Position numbers and translations under genes: made by a program. A model generated the notes under the pieces. It saw only the letters and a program-made list of their open reading frames with translations. It was not told the DNA's origin and searched no databases. Of a stretch of 64,000 nucleotides of DNA, positions 1 to 8,044 are shown one piece after another. Origin of the DNA: Candidatus Aldehydirespirator sp. (GTDB taxonomy: Bacteria; Actinomycetota; Acidimicrobiia; Acidimicrobiales; Aldehydirespiratoraceae). Each line of letters opens with the position of its first letter. The stretch's first letter is position 1. Location: contig OZ241894.1 of NCBI GenBank assembly GCA_965203575.1, positions 3,724,322-3,788,321 on the forward strand. Direction: 5' to 3'.

Positions 1-425
1 CCGCCGTCGTCCTCCTCGACAGCCTCGGGCCGCACCACTACCACGTCAATGTCGCTGTCGGCATGCGCGGCGCCGCGCGCGAACGAACCGAACACAATGA
101 CGCTCACCGGCGCCGGATCGAGCGCCGCGGCCGTCCGTCCCATTTCGTCGATCACCGATTCGCGGGCACGGGCAAGCAGACTGATCGCCGGAACCGCCAC
201 ATGGTCGGGCACGAACCTGAACAAGGCCGATGGTGGCACCTCGCGTCGCGTGACAAGACCGAGCGCGACCAGTGACGGCAGAATCCGTGACGCCTGAGCG
301 ACGCTAACTCCCGACAACCGAGCGACGGTTCGCAGATTCAATTCCATTGTCGTCTCGACCAGCACGGCCAGGATCTTGCCCTGTGCGCCCGGAATCACCG
401 CTTCGACTGGCCGCTTGAAGTCCAC
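1..425 (-). CDS. winged-HTH + minimal nucleotidyltransferase (MNT-like) domain protein; C-terminal end lies outside the window
   Basis: Not in the ORF track because no stop lies in the window. My translation from GTG at 425 reads VDFKRPVEAVIPGAQGKILAVLVETTMELNLRTVARLSGVSVAQASRILPSLVALGLVTRR...VSVIVFGSFARGAAHADSDIDVVVVRPEAVEEDDG. GSxxRG...DxD is the nucleotidyltransferase-fold signature. The N-terminal third looks like a MarR/ArsR-type wHTH. Confidence 0.6.
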   Translation of the reverse strand, partial: MDFKRPVEAVIPGAQGKILAVLVETTMELNLRTVARLSGVSVAQASRILPSLVALGLVTRREVPPSALFRFVPDHVAVPAISLLARARESVIDEMGRTAAALDPAPVSVIVFGSFARGAAHADSDIDVVVVRPEAVEEDDG

Positions 426-571
426 GCTCCGACTCTAGCCAACATCGCTCACTAATGAAACAATCATTCTATTTCTGAAGGGTATCGAGCATCTCACGAA
501 CTCTTCGATCAACCGGAGCGCGCGAGTTCATGGCGGGAGTCGGTGTCGCACGCTCGTGGCATCATGTGTGA

Positions 572-970
572 ATGCGGATCACATTGACCAACGTCATCGT
601 CGACGACCAGGCCAAGGCCCTCGCCTTCTACACCGAGGTCCTCGGATTCCAGAAGCATCACGACGTGCCCGTCGGGGAGTACTCGTGGCTCACCGTGGTC
701 TCCCCGGAGCAGCCTGACGGGCCGGAGCTGCTCCTCGAGCCCGCCGCACACCCGGCCGCCAGGACATTCCGCGACGCAATGACCGCCGACGGGATCCCAT
801 CAGCACAGTTCACCGTCGACGACGTCCATGCCGAGCACGAGCGGCTGCGCGCCGCCGGCGTCGAGTTCACCCAGCCGCCCACCGACCTCGGCACCGTCGT
901 GGCGGCCATCTTCGACGACACCTGCGGAAACCTGATCCAGATCGTGACCCCGGCACCAAGCGCCGGATGA
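572..970 (+). CDS. VOC (glyoxalase/bleomycin-resistance/dioxygenase) family protein
   Basis: 132 aa. MRITLTNVIVDDQAKALAFYTEVLGF...AAIFDDTCGNLIQIV shows the size and sequence pattern typical of single-domain VOC proteins. Confidence 0.8.
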   Translation: MRITLTNVIVDDQAKALAFYTEVLGFQKHHDVPVGEYSWLTVVSPEQPDGPELLLEPAAHPAARTFRDAMTADGIPSAQFTVDDVHAEHERLRAAGVEFTQPPTDLGTVVAAIFDDTCGNLIQIVTPAPSAG

Positions 971-975
971 CTCCA

Positions 976-1368
976 CTACCGCAGTGGCTTCATGCGATCT
1001 CGGATCCAGTTCGCGAGGTCATCCACCGAGAGGCTCCCCGAGGCAACCTGGACGACCGTCTTGTACGCCTCCTCAACCGGCAACAGTTCCAGGTCGTACC
1101 CGTTCATGTTCAGAAACTGAAGCGCGGCCAAGACGGCCACTCGCTTGTTGCCGTCAATGAATGCATGGTTGCGCGCAAGCCCGAAGAGCAGGGAAGCCGC
1201 CTTGGACTCCACCGTTTGGTGAAACTCCTCACCAGCGAAGCCAGCACGCGGCCGTGCGACAGCCGAGTCCGCAAGCGCGAGATCCGTCACATGCAGGAGT
1301 GCGCCTACCTCGAGCCTGAGAACCTCGCACGCGATGGCGAGCACGTCGTCGAGTTCTAGATAGATCAC
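976..1368 (-). CDS. doc: Doc-type (Fic fold) toxin of a type II toxin-antitoxin pair
   Basis: 130 aa with the motif HAFIDGNKRVAV (HxFx[DE]GNKR). It starts 2 nt after the stop of the upstream RHH gene. Confidence 0.85.
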   Translation of the reverse strand: MIYLELDDVLAIACEVLRLEVGALLHVTDLALADSAVARPRAGFAGEEFHQTVESKAASLLFGLARNHAFIDGNKRVAVLAALQFLNMNGYDLELLPVEEAYKTVVQVASGSLSVDDLANWIRDRMKPLR

Positions 1369-1369
1369 C

Positions 1370-1597
1370 TCAGCCGTCTGCGAGCATGTTCAGCAGTTCC
1401 TCGTGGCGCCGAAGGTTGCGCTTCAGCATCGCTTGAAAGTCCGGATCGCGGCGTCGACGCTCGACGTGCTCGGTCAACGCATCTCGAATTACGTCGCTCA
1501 CAGTGGTTTCCTCGACCTCCGCGATCGTTCGCACTCTCTCCGCGAGGTTCTCGTCGATGCGTAGTGTCATGCTCTTGGTATCTCCCTGCGGTGTCAC
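1370..1597 (-). CDS. ribbon-helix-helix antitoxin partner of Doc
   Basis: 75 aa maximal ORF; the real start may be the internal MTLRIDENLAERV. The N-terminus is RHH/CopG-like and the gene sits directly upstream of doc on the same strand. Confidence 0.7.
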   Translation of the reverse strand: MTPQGDTKSMTLRIDENLAERVRTIAEVEETTVSDVIRDALTEHVERRRRDPDFQAMLKRNLRRHEELLNMLADG

Positions 1598-1670
1598 CTG
1601 ATCCTCCTGTGGGCGGTGTCCTTGTCCTTGCCCACCAGCATATGTCTTGGTAGCGAGAATGCAAGATACC

Positions 1671-1680
1671 TAGATATCTA
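1671..1680. promoter_or_regulatory. perfect 10-bp palindrome TAGATATCTA flanked by AGATA/CTAGAT half-repeats; candidate RHH operator
   Basis: Read directly: gcAAGATAccTAGATATCTAcaagcgagcgCTAGATgg. It sits about 75-110 nt upstream of the antitoxin start, in the lower-GC divergent region 1598-1979. Confidence 0.25.
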
Positions 1681-1979
1681 CAAGCGAGCGCTAGATGGAT
1701 CCTCGGACTGGCCCTCCGGGGCTTGCGGCTTCCTCGCGGAACAGCACCGCGGGGCTCTTCCATTGTGCATCTCACAAGCTCCTTGATCAACCGACCCCGA
1801 CTGCATCAGTTAGCCAGCAACGAACTGACGAGCCGGTTGAGGCTGACGCAGCTCTCGGCTGCTCGCACGACCAACTGGCGGTGGGTCTCCGGCGGCACAC
1901 GAACTAGCAGAAATGGCGGCCATGAAGTGGACAGGGTGCTGGTTGTAAGTGAGATTTGATGTCTTGATATTATGATGTC

Positions 1980-2189
1980 ATGACTAGACAGACGACGGTG
2001 CGATTGCCGGAGGACTTGGCGCAGCAGGCCGAGGCGGTGGCCCGTGTACGGGGCTCAAGCGTGAACCAACTCGTCGTCGACTCGCTACGTGCAGAAATAG
2101 AGCGCGTGAGAGCCGATGAGGACTTCACGGCTAGGGCAAGGCGGCTGATCGAACGAGACCAGGAGTTGCTGGATCGTCTGGCCCAGTGA
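1980..2189 (+). CDS. orphan ribbon-helix-helix (CopG/antitoxin-like) protein
   Basis: 69 aa, MTRQTTVRLPEDLAQQAEAVARVRGSSVNQLVVDSLRAEIERVRADEDF..ELLDRLAQ. It has the same architecture as the 1370-1597 product (RHH, then D[EP]DF...[HQ]EELL..LA tail). No toxin ORF follows. Confidence 0.55.
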   Translation: MTRQTTVRLPEDLAQQAEAVARVRGSSVNQLVVDSLRAEIERVRADEDFTARARRLIERDQELLDRLAQ

Positions 2190-2197
2190 CGAGCGCT

Positions 2198-4117
2198 TCA
2201 CCGTGACGGGCGGGGGGCTTCGGCGGAGTGGCGGATGTCGGAGAGGAACGCCTCGACTTCGGTGAGGTCGATGGTGCGGCGCAGCGGCGGGAGACCCCGG
2301 AGTAGGTCCTGGCGGTACCGGGCAGTCGCCAGCCGCGAGTCGAGCACGGCCACGACGCCCCGGTCCCGCGCGGAGCGGATGAGCCTCCCCGCGCCCTGGG
2401 CCAGCAGCGTGGCCGCGCGGGGAACGTCGATCTCGCCGAACGCGTGCGGTCCGAGCCGCTTGCGACGGGCGACCATCAGCGGCTCGTCGGGCCGCGGGAA
2501 CGGAATGCGGTCCACGACCACCAGCGACAGCGACCGGCCGGGCACGTCCACGCCCTGCCACATGGTCATCGTGGCGAACAGGCAGCTCTCCTCCTCCGAG
2601 GCGAACCGGCCGATCAGCTCGCGATTGGGCAGGTCCCCCTGGCAGTAGATCCGCAGCCCCGTCGTCTCCCGCACAGCCTCGGCGGCGCCCCTCATGGCCC
2701 CATAGCTGGTGAACAGCGCCAAAGTGCGCCCTCCGGCTGCAACAGCCATCCGGGCGATCTCCTGCTGCACGGCCTGCGCCCATCCAGGATCCCTGGGGCC
2801 GGGCAGATGCTTCGCGCAATAGAGCAGGCCGAGGCTGCGGTAGTCGAACGGACTGCCCACATCGAGGCTGTCGTGGCCGTCGTCGGGCAGCCCGAGCCTG
2901 TCGGCCAGGTTGATGGGGACGGTCGCGCTGGTCAGCACCGCCGGAGTGCGCGTCCACAGCCGCTCCTCCAGCATCGGGCCGACATCGACGGGGGCGGTCC
3001 GCCAGACCGGATTCCTCCCGGAGCCCTCCACCCAGACAGCGTCCTCGTTGGCCGGGTCAGATGCTCGGGCGAGATCCTCGGTGAGGGCGTCGAGGAGCCG
3101 TCGGGCCATTCTCCGCCGCGTCTCGTCGCCTTCCGCCTCGCGGACCTCGGCGCCGGCCGCGCCGATCCGTCCCCGGCACAAGGCGACCGTCTCGATCAGG
3201 TCGTCGGGAAGCGACGTCAGAAGCGTGTCGCGGTGGGGGTCGAGAGCGTCCCGCAGAATGTCGCCGGCCTCCTTCACGCGGTCGGCCGTCGCCGAGCGCC
3301 CCACCACGGCCCTCACCGCCCGGGCCGCGTGCCTGAACCGGCCTCCGGTGATCGACACCCCGGCGGCTCCGGCTGCGACGTCCTCAAGGGTGTGGGCCTC
3401 GTCGAACACGACCGCATCGTGGGACGGCAGGATCTCCGCCTCGGTGAACACATGCAAGCTGTAGAGGGCGTGGTTCACCACCAGCACATCCGCCTCAGCA
3501 GCCCTGTCGCGGGCCTGCTCGGCGAAGCACTCCGGCCCCGACGGGCAGTTCGCCGCGCCCGGGCACTCCCGCCCGGACACGCTCACCGCCTCCCAGGCCC
3601 GCACCGACGGCTCGAAGTCGAGTCCGGCCCGGTCGCCGTCGGCGGTCACATCGGCCCAGTCGGCCAACTGTCCGATCTCCTCGCGGATGCGCCCGGCCTC
3701 GGCGGCGGAATCCGCTGCGATCAACTGCTGCTGCTCACTGCCGGCAGCCGCGGCCAGGTCGGCGAGCTTCTTGCGGCAGATGTAGTTCGACCTGCCCTTC
3801 AGCACCCCGAACTTGAGCGGCATGCCCAGCGCCTGGGCAAGCAGGGGAAGATCCTTGTCCACGAGCTGGTCTTGGAGGGCCTTGGTGGCGGTGGCCACGA
3901 CAGCCTTCTTCCCGCTGGCTGCCAGCGGCGCCAGGTAGGCCATCGACTTGCCGATGCCGGTGCCGGCCGCCACCACCAGATGCCGGTCTTGCTCTAGGGA
4001 GGACGCGACCGCCTCGCACATCTCAAATTGGCCCCGCCGGCTCTCGCCGCCACCCGGCATCGCCGAGACGACCCCATGAAGCGCTTCAACGGCTGCCTGC
4101 GATGCGTCCACGGCCAC
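2198..4117 (-). CDS. dinG: DinG/XPD-family ATP-dependent DNA helicase (Fe-S type)
   Basis: 639 aa. Walker A is AAGTGIGKSMAYLAP and the DEAH box is VVFDEAHTLED. The Cys cluster NYIC...CPGAANCPSGPEC is typical of Fe-S DinG/XPD helicases. Confidence 0.85.
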   Translation of the reverse strand: MAVDASQAAVEALHGVVSAMPGGGESRRGQFEMCEAVASSLEQDRHLVVAAGTGIGKSMAYLAPLAASGKKAVVATATKALQDQLVDKDLPLLAQALGMPLKFGVLKGRSNYICRKKLADLAAAAGSEQQQLIAADSAAEAGRIREEIGQLADWADVTADGDRAGLDFEPSVRAWEAVSVSGRECPGAANCPSGPECFAEQARDRAAEADVLVVNHALYSLHVFTEAEILPSHDAVVFDEAHTLEDVAAGAAGVSITGGRFRHAARAVRAVVGRSATADRVKEAGDILRDALDPHRDTLLTSLPDDLIETVALCRGRIGAAGAEVREAEGDETRRRMARRLLDALTEDLARASDPANEDAVWVEGSGRNPVWRTAPVDVGPMLEERLWTRTPAVLTSATVPINLADRLGLPDDGHDSLDVGSPFDYRSLGLLYCAKHLPGPRDPGWAQAVQQEIARMAVAAGGRTLALFTSYGAMRGAAEAVRETTGLRIYCQGDLPNRELIGRFASEEESCLFATMTMWQGVDVPGRSLSLVVVDRIPFPRPDEPLMVARRKRLGPHAFGEIDVPRAATLLAQGAGRLIRSARDRGVVAVLDSRLATARYRQDLLRGLPPLRRTIDLTEVEAFLSDIRHSAEAPRPSR

Positions 4118-4261
4118 CGACCGTACCCGTGCACAGACCCCTGGTCAGCCCGTGTCGAGGGTTGGCATGTGGACATCTCCCTCAACGGGCGTTCGTGCGG
4201 CGGCCGCCATCTCCGCGGCTAGCGCCTATAATCCCGTATTTCGGAATATACTTCTCTAATT

Positions 4262-4879
4262 GTGGAAAGAACTCCGGCGCCGAGTCTGCTTCCGATCCTG
4301 CGGTCACGGCAGCAAGGCGAGTTGCTGGCGCTCCTGCTCGGCGACCCCGAACTTGAAGCCAGTCTGACCGATCTCGCCGCTCTGGTTTCCGTGCCTGTCA
4401 GTTCCGTGCATCGCGAGATCGACCGGGCCGAGTCAGCAGGTCTCGTGACCAGCCGCAAGATCGGAAACACCAGGCTCGTGCGGGCCAACACTGACAGCCC
4501 CTATTACCGCGGACTCGCAGACGTGCTGGTCAAGGCGTTCGGCCCGCCCCGAGTCCTGGCCGCAGCGCTCGCGCCCGTCGGCAACATCGACACCGCGCAC
4601 ATCTACGGATCCTGGGCGGCACACCTCCTCGGTGACGGAGCCGACCGTCCTGTCGGCGACATCGATGTACTCGTACTTGGATCACCCGACCGCGACGAAC
4701 TGTACGCGGCGGCCTCCGCGGCCGAGCAGCGCTTGGGACGACCCGTGCAAGCCACCGTCCGGCCAGCCGACTGGATCAGCACCGGCACCGGCAACTTCCA
4801 CGCCACCGTCACCCAGCGCCCGCTAGTGGAGATCGACCTCAGAACAGCTCGAACCGAGACAGGCCCCCGCTCTCGCTGA
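4262..4879 (+). CDS. wHTH (ArsR/MarR-like) regulator with C-terminal nucleotidyltransferase-like domain
   Basis: 205 aa. LLPILRSRQQGELLALLLGDPELEASLTDLAALVSVPVSSVHREIDRAESAGLVTSRKIGNTRL is a wHTH. The C-terminal IYGSWAA...VGDIDVLVLG resembles a degenerate NTase motif. Confidence 0.6.
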   Translation: MERTPAPSLLPILRSRQQGELLALLLGDPELEASLTDLAALVSVPVSSVHREIDRAESAGLVTSRKIGNTRLVRANTDSPYYRGLADVLVKAFGPPRVLAAALAPVGNIDTAHIYGSWAAHLLGDGADRPVGDIDVLVLGSPDRDELYAAASAAEQRLGRPVQATVRPADWISTGTGNFHATVTQRPLVEIDLRTARTETGPRSR

Positions 4880-5336
4880 TCCGCCTCGTGCCTTCCGCCG
4901 CCGACTGTGCCGTCGAGATCGCCCACGCCGCATCGTCATGGGTGATCATGGGACCGTCCGGGTCGAAGTACTGGGCACTGTGGCGCATCCGGCGGAAATT
5001 CTCGAACGCCGGTTTCGCGAACGCCGTGATCGCGCTCGCAAACTGGGCCGAGACCGCATCCTCGACAGTCACATGCGATCCTGCTCCCGCGGTGGGGCGA
5101 AGGCCCTGACGCAACAGCAACGACTCCGCGGCCATCCGATACGCGTCATACGCTGCGACAAAGGCACCCTCGACATCGCCACCGCCGAGACCGGCCGACG
5201 CCGTTGTGAGGCGTCGCTCGGCCCGGTCAAGCAGCCCGCCAGCAGCATCATCGGCACCCTCAGCCGCGACCTGCTCTAGTCGGCCATAGGAAACCAGATA
5301 CTCAACCGTTGATCGGCCCTGTTCCCACGCAACCAC
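4839..5336 (-). CDS. HEPN-like (SAV_6107-type) helical protein; start placed at internal GTG
   Basis: Only the C-terminal 165 aa of the 199-aa track ORF look coding (VVAWEQGRSTVEYLVSYGRLEQV...AYRMAAESLLLRQGL...FRRMRHSAQYFDP). The R..H..Y block resembles HEPN-type motifs. The family assignment is from memory only. Confidence 0.4.
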   Translation of the reverse strand: MVAWEQGRSTVEYLVSYGRLEQVAAEGADDAAGGLLDRAERRLTTASAGLGGGDVEGAFVAAYDAYRMAAESLLLRQGLRPTAGAGSHVTVEDAVSAQFASAITAFAKPAFENFRRMRHSAQYFDPDGPMITHDDAAWAISTAQSAAEGTRRISESGGLSRFELF

Positions 5337-5355
5337 GACGGCACCGTAGCCGGGG

Positions 5356-5547
5356 TCAATTGGACCACTCGGCCAACGGCGTCGGCAGCGGCTCACCGTT
5401 GGTTCGCAGGTCGGCCACCACGTCCTGCACCAACGCACGGATGCCCTGATCGAGCTCCAGACCTCCGATCAGGAAGTAGTTGCCGTCGGCCCGGGTGAGC
5501 ACCGGCACCCGGGTCCGGGACGCCAGGTCGCCGTCGTTGCGGCACAC
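5356..5547 (-). CDS. small hypothetical protein (about 63 aa) between the XDH gene and the HEPN-like gene
   Basis: This is the in-frame GTG-started tail of track ORF 5356-5730 (VCRNDGDLASRTRVPVLTRADGNYFLIGGLELDQGIRALVQDVVADLRTNGEPLPTPLAEWSN). The upstream part of that ORF overlaps the XDH gene and looks like a shadow frame. Confidence 0.3.
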   Translation of the reverse strand: MCRNDGDLASRTRVPVLTRADGNYFLIGGLELDQGIRALVQDVVADLRTNGEPLPTPLAEWSN

Positions 5548-5569
5548 GGTGATGCCGCCGGGCGGGAAC

Positions 5570-7885
5570 TCATCGTGAGGCTCGGGCGACCGGTTCGGCG
5601 GCGACGATGGCGCGCCACACCCGCTGGGGCGTGTAGGGCATGTCGAGGTGCGTGACCCCCAGCGGCGCCAGCGCGTCGAGCACCGCCGACTGCACCGCGG
5701 GCGTGGACCCGATGGTGCCGGACTCGCCAATGCCCTTGGCGCCGAGGGGATTCAGCGGGGTGGGCGTCTCGGTGTGGTGCGTCTCGAAGCGGGGCAGCTC
5801 CGAGGCGGCCGGTATGGCGTAGTCGGCGAAGTTGGTGTTGCGGGGATTGCCGTCCTCGTCGTAGAGCGACTGCTCGTAGAGGGCCTGCGACACGCCGGTG
5901 GCGACCCCTCCGTGGACCTGCCCCTGCACCAGCATCGGGTTGAGTATCCGGCCGCAGTCGTCCACCGCGACATGGCGCAACAGCCTCGTGTCGCCGGTGT
6001 CGGCGTCGATCTCCACCACCGCCACGTGCGCGCCGAAGGGGTAGGTGGCCTCCCCCTGGTCGAAGTCGACCTCCGCAGCCAGAGCACCGGACCCCTCGCC
6101 GCCGGATCCCGCATCTCCCGCCTCGGCGGCCGCGGCGAGTTCGGCCCAGGACACGGCCCGGGCCGGAACGCCGGCCACGGCCAGACCGCCGGGGGCGACC
6201 ACGATGTCGGCCGCGTCGGCCTCCAGCAGGCTCGCGGCCAGGCGCCGGGACTGGTCGAGCACCTCGTTGGCGGCGGTCCACACCGCGCTGCCGCCGACCT
6301 GGAGCGATCTCGACGCCACCGTTCCCTGGCCGGTGGGCACCTCGGCGGTGTCGCCGCAGATGATCCGCACCCGCTCGGGCGCGACGCCGAGGACCTCGCC
6401 CAGGATCTGGCCGAACGCGGTGACGTGGCCCTGGCCCTGCGGAGCGGTGCCCACCCGGGCGGTGACCGTGCCGTCGGCCTCGACGGTGACCGAGCCGAAC
6501 TCCTGGTACAGGCCGCCCGCGGTGACCTCCACATACACCGACACGCCGATGCCCAGCAGCCAGCGGTCGCCGCGGGCGCGGCGGAGGGCCTGCTCGGCCC
6601 GCAGGTCCTCGTAGCCGGCGGCCTCCAGCGCCAGGTCGAGGCCGCGGGCGTAGTCGCCGCTGTCCATGTTGGCGCCGGTGGGGGTGGTCAGGGGGAACTC
6701 GTCGGGTGCGAGCAGGTTCCGGCGCCGCAGCTCGGCGGGGTCCATGCCCAGCTCGGCCGCGGCCAGGTCCGCGATGCGTTCCAGCGAGACGGTGGCCTCG
6801 GGTCGTCCCGCCCCGCGGAACGGGAAGATGGGCGCCTTGTTGGTGATCACCGACACGGCCTCGAAGTCGACCGCCGGGATCCGGTAGGGGCCCGACGCCA
6901 TCGTCATCGTGAAGAACGGCAGCAGCGCACCGATGCCCGGATAGGCGCCCACGTCGGCAGTGACCCTCATCCGCAGCCAGCAGAAGCGGCCGTCCCGCGT
7001 CAATCCCAGCTCTAGGTCGTGGACGTGGTCCCGGCCCTGGGTCATGTTGGTGAGGTTCTCGGTGCGGGTCTCGACCCATCTCACCGGACGGCCCAGTCGG
7101 CGGGCCAGCCAGGCGGCCACCACGAACTCCGGGTACGCCGACCCCTTGGCGCCGAAGCCCCCGCCGACCGCCGGCGCGATCACCCGCACCCGGTCGGGCG
7201 GTTCCTCCAGCGCGGCGGCCACGACGTCGCGGGTGTCGTGGGGCCGCTGGGTGGTGCACCACAGCGTCACACCGTCGCCTCCGTCGCCGACTCCGGGAAC
7301 GGCCAGCACCGCGGACGGCTCGATGGGGGCGGCCGCCATGCGATGGTTGACGATGCGGTCCGAGACCACCAGATCGTGTCCGGTCAGCGAGTCGGCCTCC
7401 GCGTTGAGCTTCAACTCCGACGCCTGGTTCGACCCGTGCGCCTCGATCACCACCGGAGCGTCCGGCTCCAACGCCTCGAAGGGGTCAACCACGGCCGGCA
7501 GCGGCTCGTAGTCCACCTCCACCAACTCGGCCGCGTCCACCGCGGCGGCTCGAGACTCGGCCACCACAACCGCGATCGGATCGCCCACATAGCGGGCCTT
7601 GCCGGCCAGCGGCAGCCGGCCCAGCTCCGGCGGCAGCATGATGAACTGCGGTTGGGGGCCCATGGGCAGGTCCGCGGCCGTCAGCACGTCCACTACCCCC
7701 GGCGCGGTCCCGGCAGCCGCCGTGTCGATGGCTGCGATGTCGGCGTGCGCCATCACCGACCGCACGAAGGCCAGATGGGCCATACCGGGAAGATCCATGT
7801 CGCCCACATAGCGGGCCGAGCCGGTCAGGAGGCCGAGATCCTCCCGCCTCAGCACGGCGTTGCCCATGAACGAGCCTGAAGGCAC
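5570..7885 (-). CDS. xanthine dehydrogenase/aldehyde oxidase/CoxL-family molybdopterin-binding large subunit
   Basis: 771 aa. The N-terminus GNAVLRREDLGLLTGSARYVGDMDLPGMAHLAFVRS is the usual a/b-hammerhead start of this family. The length fits a large subunit. Confidence 0.85.
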   Translation of the reverse strand: MPSGSFMGNAVLRREDLGLLTGSARYVGDMDLPGMAHLAFVRSVMAHADIAAIDTAAAGTAPGVVDVLTAADLPMGPQPQFIMLPPELGRLPLAGKARYVGDPIAVVVAESRAAAVDAAELVEVDYEPLPAVVDPFEALEPDAPVVIEAHGSNQASELKLNAEADSLTGHDLVVSDRIVNHRMAAAPIEPSAVLAVPGVGDGGDGVTLWCTTQRPHDTRDVVAAALEEPPDRVRVIAPAVGGGFGAKGSAYPEFVVAAWLARRLGRPVRWVETRTENLTNMTQGRDHVHDLELGLTRDGRFCWLRMRVTADVGAYPGIGALLPFFTMTMASGPYRIPAVDFEAVSVITNKAPIFPFRGAGRPEATVSLERIADLAAAELGMDPAELRRRNLLAPDEFPLTTPTGANMDSGDYARGLDLALEAAGYEDLRAEQALRRARGDRWLLGIGVSVYVEVTAGGLYQEFGSVTVEADGTVTARVGTAPQGQGHVTAFGQILGEVLGVAPERVRIICGDTAEVPTGQGTVASRSLQVGGSAVWTAANEVLDQSRRLAASLLEADAADIVVAPGGLAVAGVPARAVSWAELAAAAEAGDAGSGGEGSGALAAEVDFDQGEATYPFGAHVAVVEIDADTGDTRLLRHVAVDDCGRILNPMLVQGQVHGGVATGVSQALYEQSLYDEDGNPRNTNFADYAIPAASELPRFETHHTETPTPLNPLGAKGIGESGTIGSTPAVQSAVLDALAPLGVTHLDMPYTPQRVWRAIVAAEPVARASR

Positions 7886-7897
7886 AGCGATCCCCCG

Positions 7898-7917
7898 GTT
7901 CCCCGCAGCGGGGGAAC
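7898..7917 (-). terminator. GC-rich hairpin (GTTCCCC-gcagc-GGGGAAC) between the lipoprotein gene and the XDH gene
   Basis: A 7-bp perfect stem read directly. There is no U-tract, so a terminator role is only a possibility. It lies 13 nt upstream of the XDH start. Confidence 0.25.
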
Positions 7918-8044
7918 AGGTTAGCCCAGTCAGTTCAGCAGCCCCGCCTGTTCGGGGTGGCTGTGCCGCGGGAATGCCCTCCCGGTGGCCGCCCGCCGCC
8001 GCGCCGGCGCTGACTGCCGTCGGCGAGGCCGCTGATCGGGCCTA

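Noticed and set aside
4224-4229. A perfect TATAAT hexamer 33 nt upstream of the GTG at 4262, with a partial palindrome tatttcggaata just downstream.
   Set aside because: It is a single hexamer with no recognisable -35 element, and the palindrome has two mismatches. That is not enough to call a promoter or operator.
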